A stretch of DNA of 63,733 bases, counting the filler, from Octopus bimaculoides (Eukaryota), in the NCBI RefSeq assembly GCF_001194135.2. It is 6 parts of 6 records of this genome, joined end to end, with 100 filler letters (N's around TTAATTAATTAA, not from the genome) between each part and the next. Parts side by side here need not be neighbours in the genome. Positions count along the whole stretch, not along the records: positions 44,487 to 54,290 come from NC_068990.1; positions 54,391 to 61,522 come from NC_068983.1; positions 61,623 to 63,733 come from NW_026374853.1; 3 more parts are not named here. One strand, 5' to 3'. How positions within the stretch are numbered: position 1 is the stretch's first letter; each line of letters begins with the position of its first letter. Under the pieces are notes generated by a model, which was not told where the DNA came from, ran no database searches, and saw only the letters and a list, made by a program, of their open reading frames with translations. The position numbers and the translations under genes are program-made. Positions 50,268 to 61,657 of the stretch are shown here, piece after piece.

Positions 50268-51765
50268 CACCAAAAACCCCGCTAATAGCTTAGCAGTGAA
50301 ATTTAGGATTTCTCGGTTTTCTGCGAATCAATTTTGATAAAACGTTTTCCAGCTGATTTAAACACTATGGCAACACCATTGTTATGCTTTCATTATTCTC
50401 TGTAACGTCCTTTCTTTTTTATTTCAGATTCTTCGGTTTTGGGGTGAAACACGCTAATAGATTTTGAATGAAAATAACCCATCTAGATTTTTTTTTCAGA
50501 AAATGAAGAATAATGATACATATTAAGCGTACATTTAGTATATATTTAACAGAAAACCATAATAATATTATTACATTTATTGACATAATGAATTATTTAG
50601 CTACATGAGCGCGATTTCGACGGATAGATTCAAAAACCCTATTAATCATGGAATCTGTAAATTTCTAAATAGCAGCAGGTTGGACTGCCTCTGCTGCATG
50701 CTTTGATGGTCGCTCATAAGACATCTTTCGACGTAAATTGGCGTCCATCGGCATAAACATTTTGTTTAATGATAGAGTAAAGGTTTTCGTTAGAGTTGAG
50801 ATGCAGAGATGCTGGCGGCCACACTATCAATCGTTCACCTTGTATGCCATAAGACCTAGTAATGTTTGGGTAGTCCTAGAAAAGTGGGAGGGAGCGTTGT
50901 CAAGCATGAATATGAGATACTTTAGAAGTGACAGCGATGTGTCATCTAGCCAGGGATCCAAGACCTCCTTCAGGAGATTGCAGTAAGCGGCTGCGGTCAC
51001 CCCTTCAGGCACCCTGATTGGGCCAACAAGTCTGTCCCCAATGATACCAGCCCATAACATGATTCCTCCACCCTGTTGTTGACGTCGTAAACGTTGGTAA
51101 CGTTCATCTCCAGAATAGACCCAACCATTTGCCCAACCGTCAAGGGTCGCCCTGGTTTCGTCAGTGAACAGAACACAGTTCATGTTTAATATCATGTACT
51201 TTTGGGCCGATTGAAGCCTCAAACTCCTGTGACGAGGCGTTAAAGGGGGCAGTTTCAGAGGTTTTCGCACGGAAGCTATGGTTCCGAAGATGCGATTTCT
51301 GGTGGTTTTCGGTATATGAGGAAGTTCGGAGGCAGTGAAAGTGGCTTTGCTTGTTTATCCAGGTTTCCCACGTAACTTGCGTCCAATATTTCTTAAATCC
51401 CTAGCTGTCACAGTCTTGGAGGTCCTACAATCGGATCGTCTAACCGTGTCCACATGACGACCTAACTTCTCCGCAATGACATGAAAGGAAATGCCTTTAG
51501 CACTTCCCTTCATGATGACATACTTTTTCTTCATCATTAAAGCCTTTTCCACGTCCCATTGTTCTTAGAGAGGAGAGACGCTATTAGCATGGTTCACCCT
51601 AAAACTTAAGAATCTGAAATAAAAAAAAGAAAGGACATTACACAGAATAATAAAAATATAACAATGGCGTTGCCATAGTGTGCAAATCAGCTGGGAAAAG
51701 TTTTATCAAAATCGATTCATAAAATACAGAGAAATCCTAAATTTCAGTCCTACATATTCGGGTAA
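50268..51765 (-). mobile_element. Tc1-superfamily element with long (~170-190 bp) TIRs, TRT/DD37E-like
   Basis: ~50295-50460 is the reverse complement of ~51581-51750 (gaaatttaggatttctc, ttttgataaaac, ctatggcaac, ttatttcagattc, gctaatag). Exact outer ends are uncertain. Confidence 0.85.
50593..51559 (-). pseudogene. Tc1-like transposase pseudogene (DD37E)
   Basis: MGRGKGFNDEEK.., FTDETRATLDG(PDG lost)WANGW, RRQQQGGGIMLWAGII, MLDNAPSH, WPPASLHLNSNENLY, and RNRAHVAK*. Several frameshifts and stops. Confidence 0.9.
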
Positions 51766-52985
51766 ACAGAGCGCACACATACATGTACGTGCGTGTGTGA
51801 GTGTGTGCGTGTGTGTGTGTCTGTGTGTGTGTGTATGTGTGTGTGTGTAGTTTTCTGATCTTCAGCCGCATGACGTTCGTGAAAATTTTGAGTCATGAGA
51901 GATGGTGAGATGTAAAGAATTCTGTTAGAAAAATTATTTATTCATAGATAAACGATTCTGTGTGAACATGAATACAAAAAAAAAGGGGGAAAGTACCCAA
52001 TACTGGCAGTAGATTTATTTAATATATATTTTGAAAGCTGGACATTTTCACATAACGTGTCCTTGAGGAGTTTCTCGTACAATATCTTTGGACAAGTATC
52101 ACGAAATGAGCGAGTGGAACAAGCAGAAAATTTTGAAAATCGTAAAAAGATAATTGGGTAAAGACAATCGTTCTGTTGCCAGGAGAGATTAGAAAAGAGA
52201 TGGCAGCAAATAAAATATACGTATAGAAAAATAAAATAAAATACTTTGTTATAGAAATTGCATGTATGGAATAAAATTGGGTATACATACATAAATGCAC
52301 ATAGACAATTATGTATTTATGTGTGTGTATATATATATATATATATGTATTTGAATGTATGTATGTATACACATGTGTGTGTGAGCGTGTGTGCTAATGC
52401 ATTAAAATTGTATGTTCACGAATGTCTAAAATAAACTATGATTATGAAGCAAGTGTATTAGCGTACAGTGAAGAAAATAATCAGTAAAAAGAAAGAAAAC
52501 ATCAAAAGGAAACTTTTCATGAATGGAGAGAAGGAACCTAACAGAGACGATCAGATATCTAACAGTTTTCGACGCTCATGGAGGGGGAGCCTTATAATGA
52601 GATAAGATAACCAATTTTGAATCCTCAGATTTCCATGCTTCATATTTTAAACTGAATATTTTTAATTGACTACATTATTTATTCCCTTCCCATAAAGTAA
52701 TTTTAACTGATGTCCACATATGCACGCAATTTATACAAGCATTTATATATATANNNNNNNNNNNNNNNNNNNNNNNNNNNNNNNNNNNNNNNNNNNNNNN
52801 NNNNNNNNNNNNNNNNNNNNNNNNNNNNNNNNNNNNNNNNNNNNNNNNNNNNNNNNNNNNNNNNNNNNNNNNNNNNNNNNNNNNNNNNNNNNNNNNNNNN
52901 NNNNNNNNNNNNNNNNNNNNNNNNNNNNNNNNNNNNNNNNNNNNNNNNNNNNNNNNNNNNATATATACATACATACATATATATA

Positions 52986-53844
52986 TTAGTTTGAGGAATA
53001 ATTCATGAGCTTTTTTGCAAACTTAAAAATGCATGCAGAAATAGAACGCATTGGCAAAATGTTTTGTTATTTGAAAGAGACTTTTTTTCTCTAGAAGATA
53101 ATATATTTTAATTTTTAATTTTACTGATTTTTGTGTATTTTCAGATCATTAAAATGGAATGTCAAGTGGACAAAATTGAGCGTCTTCGACACCATTGCTT
53201 TTTGCATTTAATCGAGATGTTAAGGCTGCCGAAGCTGCTCGTCAGATTTGTGCTGTGTATGGAGTAGGGGCAATGCCTCAAAATACTGCCCTACGGTGGT
53301 TTTCGCGCTTCAAAAATGGGAATTTCTATCTCAAGCACGGATTACACACCGGTCGACCAACTGAATTCGATGAAGAGCGATTGAATCAACTTCTTCATGA
53401 ATATCCATGTCAAACAACCAGAGAATTGGCGGAGCAAATGGATTATGATTAAAAAAAAACGTGGCGAACCACCATTACTTAATAGGCAAGGTTCACATCA
53501 CCAATATGACCAAAACTACGATTCAAGAACTCGAAGAAGAAATGCTTGCTCATCCTCCATACTTTCCAGACTTGGCGCCGTCAGATTTTTTATCTCTTTC
53601 GACCGCTTTCGAACGCTTTGTGCGGTGTATCATTCAATAAAGACGGGGCGAGGGATTGTGGGTTTTGTTGGACGAATTATTTGAGTCAAGATCGGAAGAT
53701 TCCTATCACTGAAGCATCGAAAAACTTATTGAACAGGAAGATGACGTAAACAACAACGGAGAGTATCTTATTGATTAATTTTTTGCAGATTTTTTAGTTT
53801 AGAATAAACTTAATAAAACGCTCCTGAATTATTCCTCAACCCAA
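52986..53844 (+). mobile_element. Internally deleted mariner (859 bp) with both TIRs and TA TSD
   Basis: TA|TTAGTTTGAGGAATAATTCATGAGC ... GCTCCTGAATTATTCCTCAACCCAA|TA. The transposase HTH (MECQVDK..WFSRFKNGNF..GRPTEFDEE) is fused to HPPYFPDLAPSD. Confidence 0.93.
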
Positions 53845-54081
53845 TATTTACTTATTCCTTTTCATTTTTCTCTATGTATATCTTGCTCTTGCCGTATATA
53901 TTTTCGTCTCCAGTAATATTTTTCTGATAAGTTCATTTATGAAAATGAAATACAATATCTTTCACTCAACCAATAACTCATGATAATCGAATTTTTTGTA
54001 CATTCTCCTATATATCCGATATATGTGCGAGCGTATGTGTGCGTGTATGTATGTGTATATATATGTATATATATATATATG

Positions 54082-54290
54082 GGAGAATATACAAATAATA
54101 ACAACAGACGAGGACAGGTGGTGTAAATAACAAAAGTATATATTAGTATGACGCTCGGGAATACGGAAAGTCTTTGACGTTTCGAGCTACGCTCTTCAAC
54201 AGAAAGAGTACGGAGACAAGGAGAAAAACACGGAGAAAAAAAATTGAATAGTGTTCAGTCAACGGTCAATCATAATAATGGCCGATCATA
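54082..54290 (-). mobile_element. Penelope-like terminal repeat fragment
   Basis: Carries a ctgttgaagagc..gctcgaaacgtc motif typical of Penelope pseudo-LTRs; the 5' side is truncated by a gap. Confidence 0.65.
54171..54207 (-). ncRNA. Minimal type I hammerhead ribozyme motif
   Basis: UCUUU-CUGUUGA-A-GAGC-GUA-GCUC-GAAA-C-GUC-AAAGA: 5-bp stem I, 4-bp stem II, palindromic ACGU stem III, GUC cleavage triplet, core A6>U. Confidence 0.7.
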
Positions 54291-54334
54291 NNNNNNNNNN
54301 NNNNNNNNNNNNNNNNNNNNNNNNNNNNNNNNNN

Positions 54335-54346
54335 TTAATTAATTAA
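54335..54346. other. Assembly gap linker TTAATTAATTAA
   Basis: Flanked by 44 N on each side. Confidence 0.97.
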
Positions 54347-54390
54347 NNNNNNNNNNNNNNNNNNNNNNNNNNNNNNNNNNNNNNNNNNNN

Positions 54391-54443
<53 letters not shown>

Positions 54444-55075
54444 CCAAATTTTTTTCTTAAATGGAGCAAATAAAAATAATACTGAATTAAAGAAGAATTC
54501 GAATATCTTTGGACAAAGTTTGGATATCACTCATCAATGAACATAAATCATCGGAGGGAGGGGGAAGAAACAAATAATAATAATAAAACCAACAACAAAA
54601 CGCCAAATATTTCTACTACTACTACTACTACTACTGCTACTACAAAAACACGTATATCAATTTAGTGAAATAAAAATGATTAAATTTGGAAGAGTTCTTT
54701 CATTTTCATTGTGTTGAAAGTGTGTATATATGTCTCTGTGTGTGTATGTGTGAGAGAAAGAGAGAGAAAGAGAGAGAGGAGGTTGTTCGTGTCCGCACTG
54801 AAATCGATGACATATTAAACAACTTGGTCGTCTGATCCATTCAATTGTTAAGTTCAGTCGACAGAGAAGTCTTCGGTAACGGCTTTACGGAACGATAAAC
54901 ATGAATAAGACTGAAGACCTTTTTAAAACTCGACTGGAGACAACAATGCTCGACCCAACTCAATAAGAACTCACTGACTGGAACATCGTAATATTCTAAT
55001 ATTCGCCAGAAGGCAATCATTTGCCGAATTTTCACTTGGAGAAAGTCAATAAATCTCTCTCTTTCTTTCTCGCTT

Positions 55076-55118
<43 letters not shown>

Positions 55119-55641
55119 TACTTTGAATTTTAAATATCACTTATGAAAAAGTAAATTCTTATAAGCAGACGACCTCAACCCCATTACCCGCCGACCAACG
55201 TATCTTTCAAACAATATCATTCCATTTCTTTCTCTTTTGTTTCCTTCTTCCACACACTTACCTCTCTCTTCCCACCCTCTCTCTCTTCCCCCTTCTCTCT
55301 CTATCTCTTTTTTTCTTTCCTCTATACGTCTATGTGTATGTATATAGATTATGCATATATATATGTGTGGATATATAAAGGACACGGTGAGAGATCGAAA
55401 GATAGAGAGCGAGATATATTCTGACTTTATTTTCTATCTTTAGCATTATTTTTCACCTGCGAATATACAAAATTCTCTTACAAGTCTGAACAGATAAATG
55501 TCTATACTACTAAACTATTATACAATACATACACACATAAATACATACAAGCATGTGTATGTGTAGATACATATGCATACATATATAGTACGCATATACA
55601 TTATGTATGAATATGTGTTTGCGGTAGTATGTGTGTGTGCT

Positions 55642-55698
<57 letters not shown>

Positions 55699-56346
55699 GT
55701 GTGTGTGTGTGTATGTGTGTGCGTGTGTGTGTGTATGTGTGCAAGCATTAGCTTACATTGTTGCGTTTGATTTTGCTCGGCATTGGTTGAACGACCCTTC
55801 ATATTTAATACATTTTCCTCTCGGTTTCTNNNNNNNNNNNNNNNNNNNNNNNNNNNNNNNNNNNNNNNNNNNNNNNNNNNNNNNNNNNNNNNNNNNNNNN
55901 NNNNNNNNNNNNNNNNNNNNNNNNNNNNNNNNNNNNNNNNNNNNNNNNNNNNNNNNNNNNNNNNNNNNNNNNNNNNNNNNNNNNNNNNNNNNNNNNNNNN
56001 NNNNNNNNNNNNNNNNNNNNNNNNNNNNNNNNNNNNNNNNNNNNNNNNNNNNNNNNNNNNNNNNNNNNNNNNNNNNNNNNNNNNNNNNNNNNNNNNNNNN
56101 NNNNNNNNNNNNNNNNNNNNNNNNNNNNNNNNNNNNNNNNNNNNNNNNNNNNNNNNNNNNNNNNNNNNNNNNNNNNNNNNNNNNNNNNNNNNNNNNNNNN
56201 NNNNNNNNNNNNNNNNNNNNNNNNNNNNNNNNNNNNNNNNNNNNNNNNNNNNNNNNNNNNNNNNNNNNNNNNNNNNNNNNNNNNNNNNNNNNNNNNNNNN
56301 NNNNNNNNNNNNNNNNNNNNNNNNNNNNNNNNNNNNNNNNNNNNNN

Positions 56347-56378
<32 letters not shown>

Positions 56379-56535
56379 ATGCGTACATATATGTACACAC
56401 ACACATATATATGCATATGTATATAATATGCGTACATATATGTACACACACATCTATATATGCATATGTATATAATATGCCTATATATATGCACATAGAT
56501 ATAAGTGCGTATATATGCATACATATGTATATATG

Positions 56536-56572
<37 letters not shown>

Positions 56573-57094
56573 GCACATATATGTATACGCAAATATATAT
56601 GTGATGTATGTATGTATGTATGCGTGTTTATGTATAAATCTATTTATTGTAATGCTGTTTATAACTGCTTATGGCATATAACTTGTTTGGAATATTACTA
56701 ACTGTTTCGCACCGACTATTGCGCTTGGCAATATTGACGATCCTTCAGACATACTTGTCGGAAACGTTACGCTGGAGGTATATATATATTCCTGGTTTAC
56801 TCGGTGATGGTAAAAAGAATCGAAAAAGTAGTAAAAATCCATAACATTTTGGCGAAGGAGTTTAAGGACCGCATCACTCATATCTAGCCTTAACACCCAC
56901 GAGAAAGCGACGCCAAGAAGTCCTGTGGTCTCTCCACCTTTCTCACTCAACGTGAAAGCATGCATAAGAAGGATCATCTTTGGTTTGGTGGATAAGCATT
57001 ATACACAGCCCCAAAGATATAGATGGTGGTGGTGGTGGCGGTGAGTGCATAGTGAAAAGTTATTTTAATTGAACTAAGTTTTTTTTATATCACC

Positions 57095-57811
57095 TATCAC
57101 TTAATGCATGCGCATCCCAAACTTGCCATTCGCTTTAGAAAGAGACCAGTCTCCTGTTCGCCTGTCATATGTAATGACTATCAATAAATCACAAGGGCAG
57201 ACATTTGATAAAGTGGAATTGTTCTTGCCTGAACTTGCATTCGACCATGGTAAGCTGTATGTTGCAATCTCAAGGGCCCGCAAATTATCTGTTGTGAGAG
57301 CTAAAATTATCAACAAGGGAAAAGAAGAGAGAGAACTTCCACGACGAACATAATCTGTAAAGAAATATTGGATTGAGAGGTGAACGTAAATTGAAATGTT
57401 TATTGACTCTGACCCATCACCTTAGCTTATAAGTTAGGCTTATAAGTTACCAACGATGTGGTTTTCAGAGTATGTCATACTGCATTAAATTTTAACCGCC
57501 GTGAAACTGTGATCCCTATATTTTACATATAAAATGTAAATTTTAAAATGTATTTTTTCTGTTTATGGGGGGAAATAAGAGTGAACATTTATTTTATGAG
57601 TGCTGTGTATTAAGTCTATAAAATTGTGCATAAAATACATGAAGTATATACATAAAACGCATTAAGTAATCATCGTATTCCAATTTCCTGGGCGACTATC
57701 TTTTGAAACACACACAGCACAGGCTACGCTTTCAGGTTTTTGGATAACGTTTTCAGGAATAACCCAATAGGTTTACAATTAACTCCGTGAAATATTCATG
57801 GGCCCTGCTAG
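57095..57811 (+). mobile_element. Helitron 3' remnant: PIF1-type helicase C-terminus, 3' UTR, hairpin and CTAG end
   Basis: PVRLSYVMTINKSQGQTFDKVELFL..FDHGKLYVAISR..NIICKEIL. Hairpin ccgtgaa-ata-ttcatgg (57785-57801), then CTAG|T at 57808-57812. Confidence 0.88.
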
Positions 57812-58590
57812 TTCTTAATAATGACTGTATAATTGAATATTTTTCAGCAACAGCCGTGTGTGGGCGTTTTATCGGGTGGAATACTGTAGATGCAAACTTC
57901 GTGTTAGATAAAAAAAAAAATAATAATAAATTTGTGAACTCTGCACCTTCCTTGTATTTCTTAATGTCAAATTCAAATTTCCAATCCTGCGGAATGTCGT
58001 GAGGGGATTGTTATTTCCCTTGTATTAACGGTCATCGTCAGCGGGTACTACTGTTCTTAAAATTAATTCATTATTCCTAACTGTACAAAATATCTAAGCG
58101 CATCAGTTGGGCTGCATGTTTATAAAATGTAGTGTAAGAAATCATAATCTAACATCAACTATGCCCTTTTTCGACATTTTAATTATCTGGTCGATCTCGA
58201 TCTCGGAGAAAATATACCATGATGTCGAATAAAGAAACCGTTAAAAAATGTGGAGCGAAAATGGTCTCACCAAGATGAGAGAGGAATAAACAAGTCCATG
58301 CCGTCATAATTGGAATACATTTCTTGAACCAGAAATAGTGTATCCTTAACAATTTAATATTTCAATTCAACATGTATCATATAGTATAATCTTAAATGTA
58401 TTATAAATATAGAGGATAGTCATCATCCTTTTTTTAAAGCCAGTAATGCCCTTCAGAAAACAATAAACACCATACAAACTCCACACTGCTGCTAACTCCT
58501 ATATCAACATATGGGGGGGGGGGAGATTGCAAACAACGAGCTATCCAAAAATAGCAGGATCTATGTAAATACATATATCTTAGACTGTAT

Positions 58591-58628
58591 TCTCCTGAAG
58601 ATAGGCCTTTGTGCCCGAAATATAAAGA
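58591..58628 (+). ncRNA. Degenerate hammerhead ribozyme-like motif
   Basis: UCUC-CUGAAGA-UAGGC-CUUUGU-GCCC-GAAA-U-AUA-AAGA. Stems I and II each carry one mismatch. Confidence 0.4.
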
Positions 58629-59399
58629 TATTTAAAAATTTCTACATTGTAAGAAGCTTTCCTTATTTCCATTTAATTCATTTTTCTACTTCTATCCTAC
58701 GGTGATTCAAGCGAACTACAACGCTCTTCTTACATTTTTCATCCGCGCACTCCACCCCAAATCTAGGAACTTAGTGCACAATAAAAAAAAAATTAAAGGA
58801 AAATGTCTTTTATAANNNNNNNNNNNNNNNNNNNNNNNNNNNNNNNNNNNNNNNNNNNNNNNNNNNNNNNNNNNNNNNNNNNNNNNNNNNNNNNNNNNNN
58901 NNNNNNNNNNNNNNNNNNNNNNNNNNNNNNNNNNNNNNNNNNNNNNNNNNNNNNNNNNNNNNNNNNNNNNNNNNNNNNNNNNNNNNNNNNNNNNNNNNNN
59001 NNNNNNNNNNNNNNNNNNNNNNNNNNNNNNNNNNNNNNNNNNNNNNNNNNNNNNNNNNNNNNNNNNNNNNNNNNNNNNNNNNNNNNNNNNNNNNNNNNNN
59101 NNNNNNNNNNNNNNNNNNNNNNNNNNNNNNNNNNNNNNNNNNNNNNNNNNNNNNNNNNNNNNNNNNNNNNNNNNNNNNNNNNNNNNNNNNNNNNNNNNNN
59201 NNNNNNNNNNNNNNNNNNNNNNNNNNNNNNNNNNNNNNNNNNNNNNNNNNNNNNNNNNNNNNNNNNNNNNNNNNNNNNNNNNNNNNNNNNNNNNNNNNNN
59301 NNNNNNNNNNNNNNNNNNNNNNNNNNNNNNNNNNNGTAAAATTTCACTTTCCTAAAATATTTTTATTGTAAAGAAAGAACAATATCCCGGGGAATATTG

Positions 59400-59482
59400 A
59401 CTGCCGGAGGTTTTGTCCGGGGAGGGGAGAATTTGTCCGGGAGGGGGGAATTTGTCCGGGGGTGGATTTTGTCCTAGTACCG
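59400..59482. repeat. G-rich tandem (TTTGTCC-Gn) x4, likely the subterminal repeat of a DNA transposon
   Basis: ttttgtccggggagggg / atttgtccgggagggggg / atttgtccgggggtgg / ttttgtcctagtaccg. Confidence 0.6.
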
Positions 59483-60222
59483 TGTCATGCTCTGCGACTG
59501 GACCCGAGCTGCGATAAGAAGTTCTTAATCACGCAGTCACGCTTGTCTGTGCCTTTTCATTAGTTCACAATACACTGTGGTAAAATACACTTACCCAATA
59601 AAGAGTGGAATCGAGTTGGAAAACACGGAGTCGTCAAGCCTACTTCATAATCACACAACCATGTCTACACTCGTTTATTCTTATTTAATCATTTTAAAGA
59701 CAACCATACGACATCTTTGTTTCCTCACATCGTCTCAAGTCGATAAGCTTATACGAGTAATATAGAACACATTGAATTGACTTCAGTACATGACTGTCAT
59801 TTATTTTATTGCTGCCGATCAAAGCAGGATTTGAAACTAGAACTTAAAAAGACGTAACTCAATTCTTTCCTGCACCATTAGACATTTTTAATAGACTGAA
59901 ATGAAATAACACCATCTTAGATCATAGTTTCCTGACAAACAACAGAAGCGAGAGAGAGAGAAAAGGGAGAGAAATATAGGAATAAAAAAGTATCCCCTTA
60001 AAATGTTGATCTGAGCATCGAAGTAGAAATGACTAGAGTTGCCGTTTGGTGTTGCGTAGCAGATTTCTATTGGAAAATGGAGAGGCTATTTTTGTCGTCT
60101 TTTTGGCACAAGTTTTCATTGTCGATATTCATTGTAGAATGCATAGAAACAGTTAGATATAGCTACAAACACACAGAACAAAAGGAAAATAGTAGCTGGA
60201 TAGCTAGATAGCCCGATTCTTT

Positions 60223-60307
<85 letters not shown>

Positions 60308-60509
60308 TCAGACAGACAGACAGATAGATAGATAGACAGATAGATAGATATGTTTCTTTATTAGCTACACACTGGGCCAAACACAGAGGAGACAAAATAC
60401 AATGTAGAGCTTTTCTACGCTGCATGCAGAATTGTTTTCGTTTGAGAGCTGAGTTGTCCTCAATGGCCGCACGCTGTTTGCACGAAGGAGTGCACGGTTG
60501 AGCTACGAC

Positions 60510-60725
60510 TCTTTTACCCTTTTACTTGTTTCAGTCATTTGACTGCGGCAATGCTGGAGAACCACCTTTAGTCGAATCAAATCGACCCTAGGATTTATTC
60601 TTTGTAAGCCTAGTACTTATTCTATCGGTCTCTTTTGCCGAACCGCTAAGTTACGGGGACCTAAACACACCAGCATCGGTTGTCAAGCGATGTTGGGGGA
60701 GACAAACTCAGACACACAAACATAT

Positions 60726-60789
<64 letters not shown>

Positions 60790-60973
60790 GTGTGTGTATA
60801 TGTTTGTATACGATGGGCTTCTTTCAGTTTCCGTCTACCAAATCCACTCACAAGGCTTTGGTCGGCCCGGGGCTATAGTAGAAGACACTTGCCCAAGGTG
60901 CCACGCAGTGAGACTGAACTCGAGACCATGTGGTTGGTAAGCAAGCTACTTACCACACAGCCACTCCTGCGAC
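60510..60973 (-). mobile_element. Full-length SINE family B (tRNA head, CORE-like domain, microsatellite, second module, LINE-like tail)
   Basis: Minus: A-box tggctgtgtgg, B-box gagttcagtctc, caccttgggcaagtgtcttc (CORE-like), (AT)n/(GT)n, and tail aaggtggttctccagcattgccgcagtcaaatgactgaaacaagtaaaa. Confidence 0.95.
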
Positions 60974-61566
60974 TATTGATTCTAAACCGAAATATCGCAT
61001 GACAGTGATATTTTCAAGCTTTTCCTTGCCAATCCCCACCCTACTTACCACGTCCTCTCTTTCGTGTAGATTTCTCTCATGTGATACTGTTGAGCGTACC
61101 CACAGGCTTAATCTATCCCATAGATGTAGTTCCTATGTCTGCTGATTGTTCAGCGTAGTAGTGGCAGCGCCGACAGCCGCAAAGGAAAGTATATCCACTG
61201 AGAGCTTTTTGTTGCGTTCAAAAAATCACTTACCCCAAACCAATTTTCCATGACAAGGTGAGGGCCTGGAATCTTTCAAACAGATGCATGACATGTCACT
61301 TAGTCGAATTAGCCCTCCATTTACTCCACAAACGTTTTGTTGTCAATGTTGCACTTCCCTGTATCACATGTTTTAACTTAACTGTACCATATATACAAAC
61401 TATGCCAATTAAATCCCGAGCAACGCCGTATGTTTATATATATATATATATATATATATAAATACACGCACACACATATATATGCATGTATGTATGTATA
61501 TGTATATATATATATATATATANNNNNNNNNNNNNNNNNNNNNNNNNNNNNNNNNNNNNNNNNNNN

Positions 61567-61578
61567 TTAATTAATTAA
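61567..61578. other. Assembly gap linker TTAATTAATTAA
   Basis: Flanked by 44 N on each side. Confidence 0.97.
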
Positions 61579-61622
61579 NNNNNNNNNNNNNNNNNNNNNN
61601 NNNNNNNNNNNNNNNNNNNNNN

Positions 61623-61657
<35 letters not shown>

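Noticed and set aside
54841-55050. ~70-codon minus ORF (VKIRQMIAFWRILEYYDVP...)
   Set aside because: Only a vague resemblance to RT motifs, and it starts in a microsatellite.
56377-56475. ~49-bp tandem duplication in AT-rich SSR
   Set aside because: Ordinary slippage in low-complexity DNA next to a gap.
61413-61430. cccgagcaacgccg Helitron-type 3' hairpin
   Set aside because: No CTRR end follows and no 5' end was found; too fragmentary to annotate.
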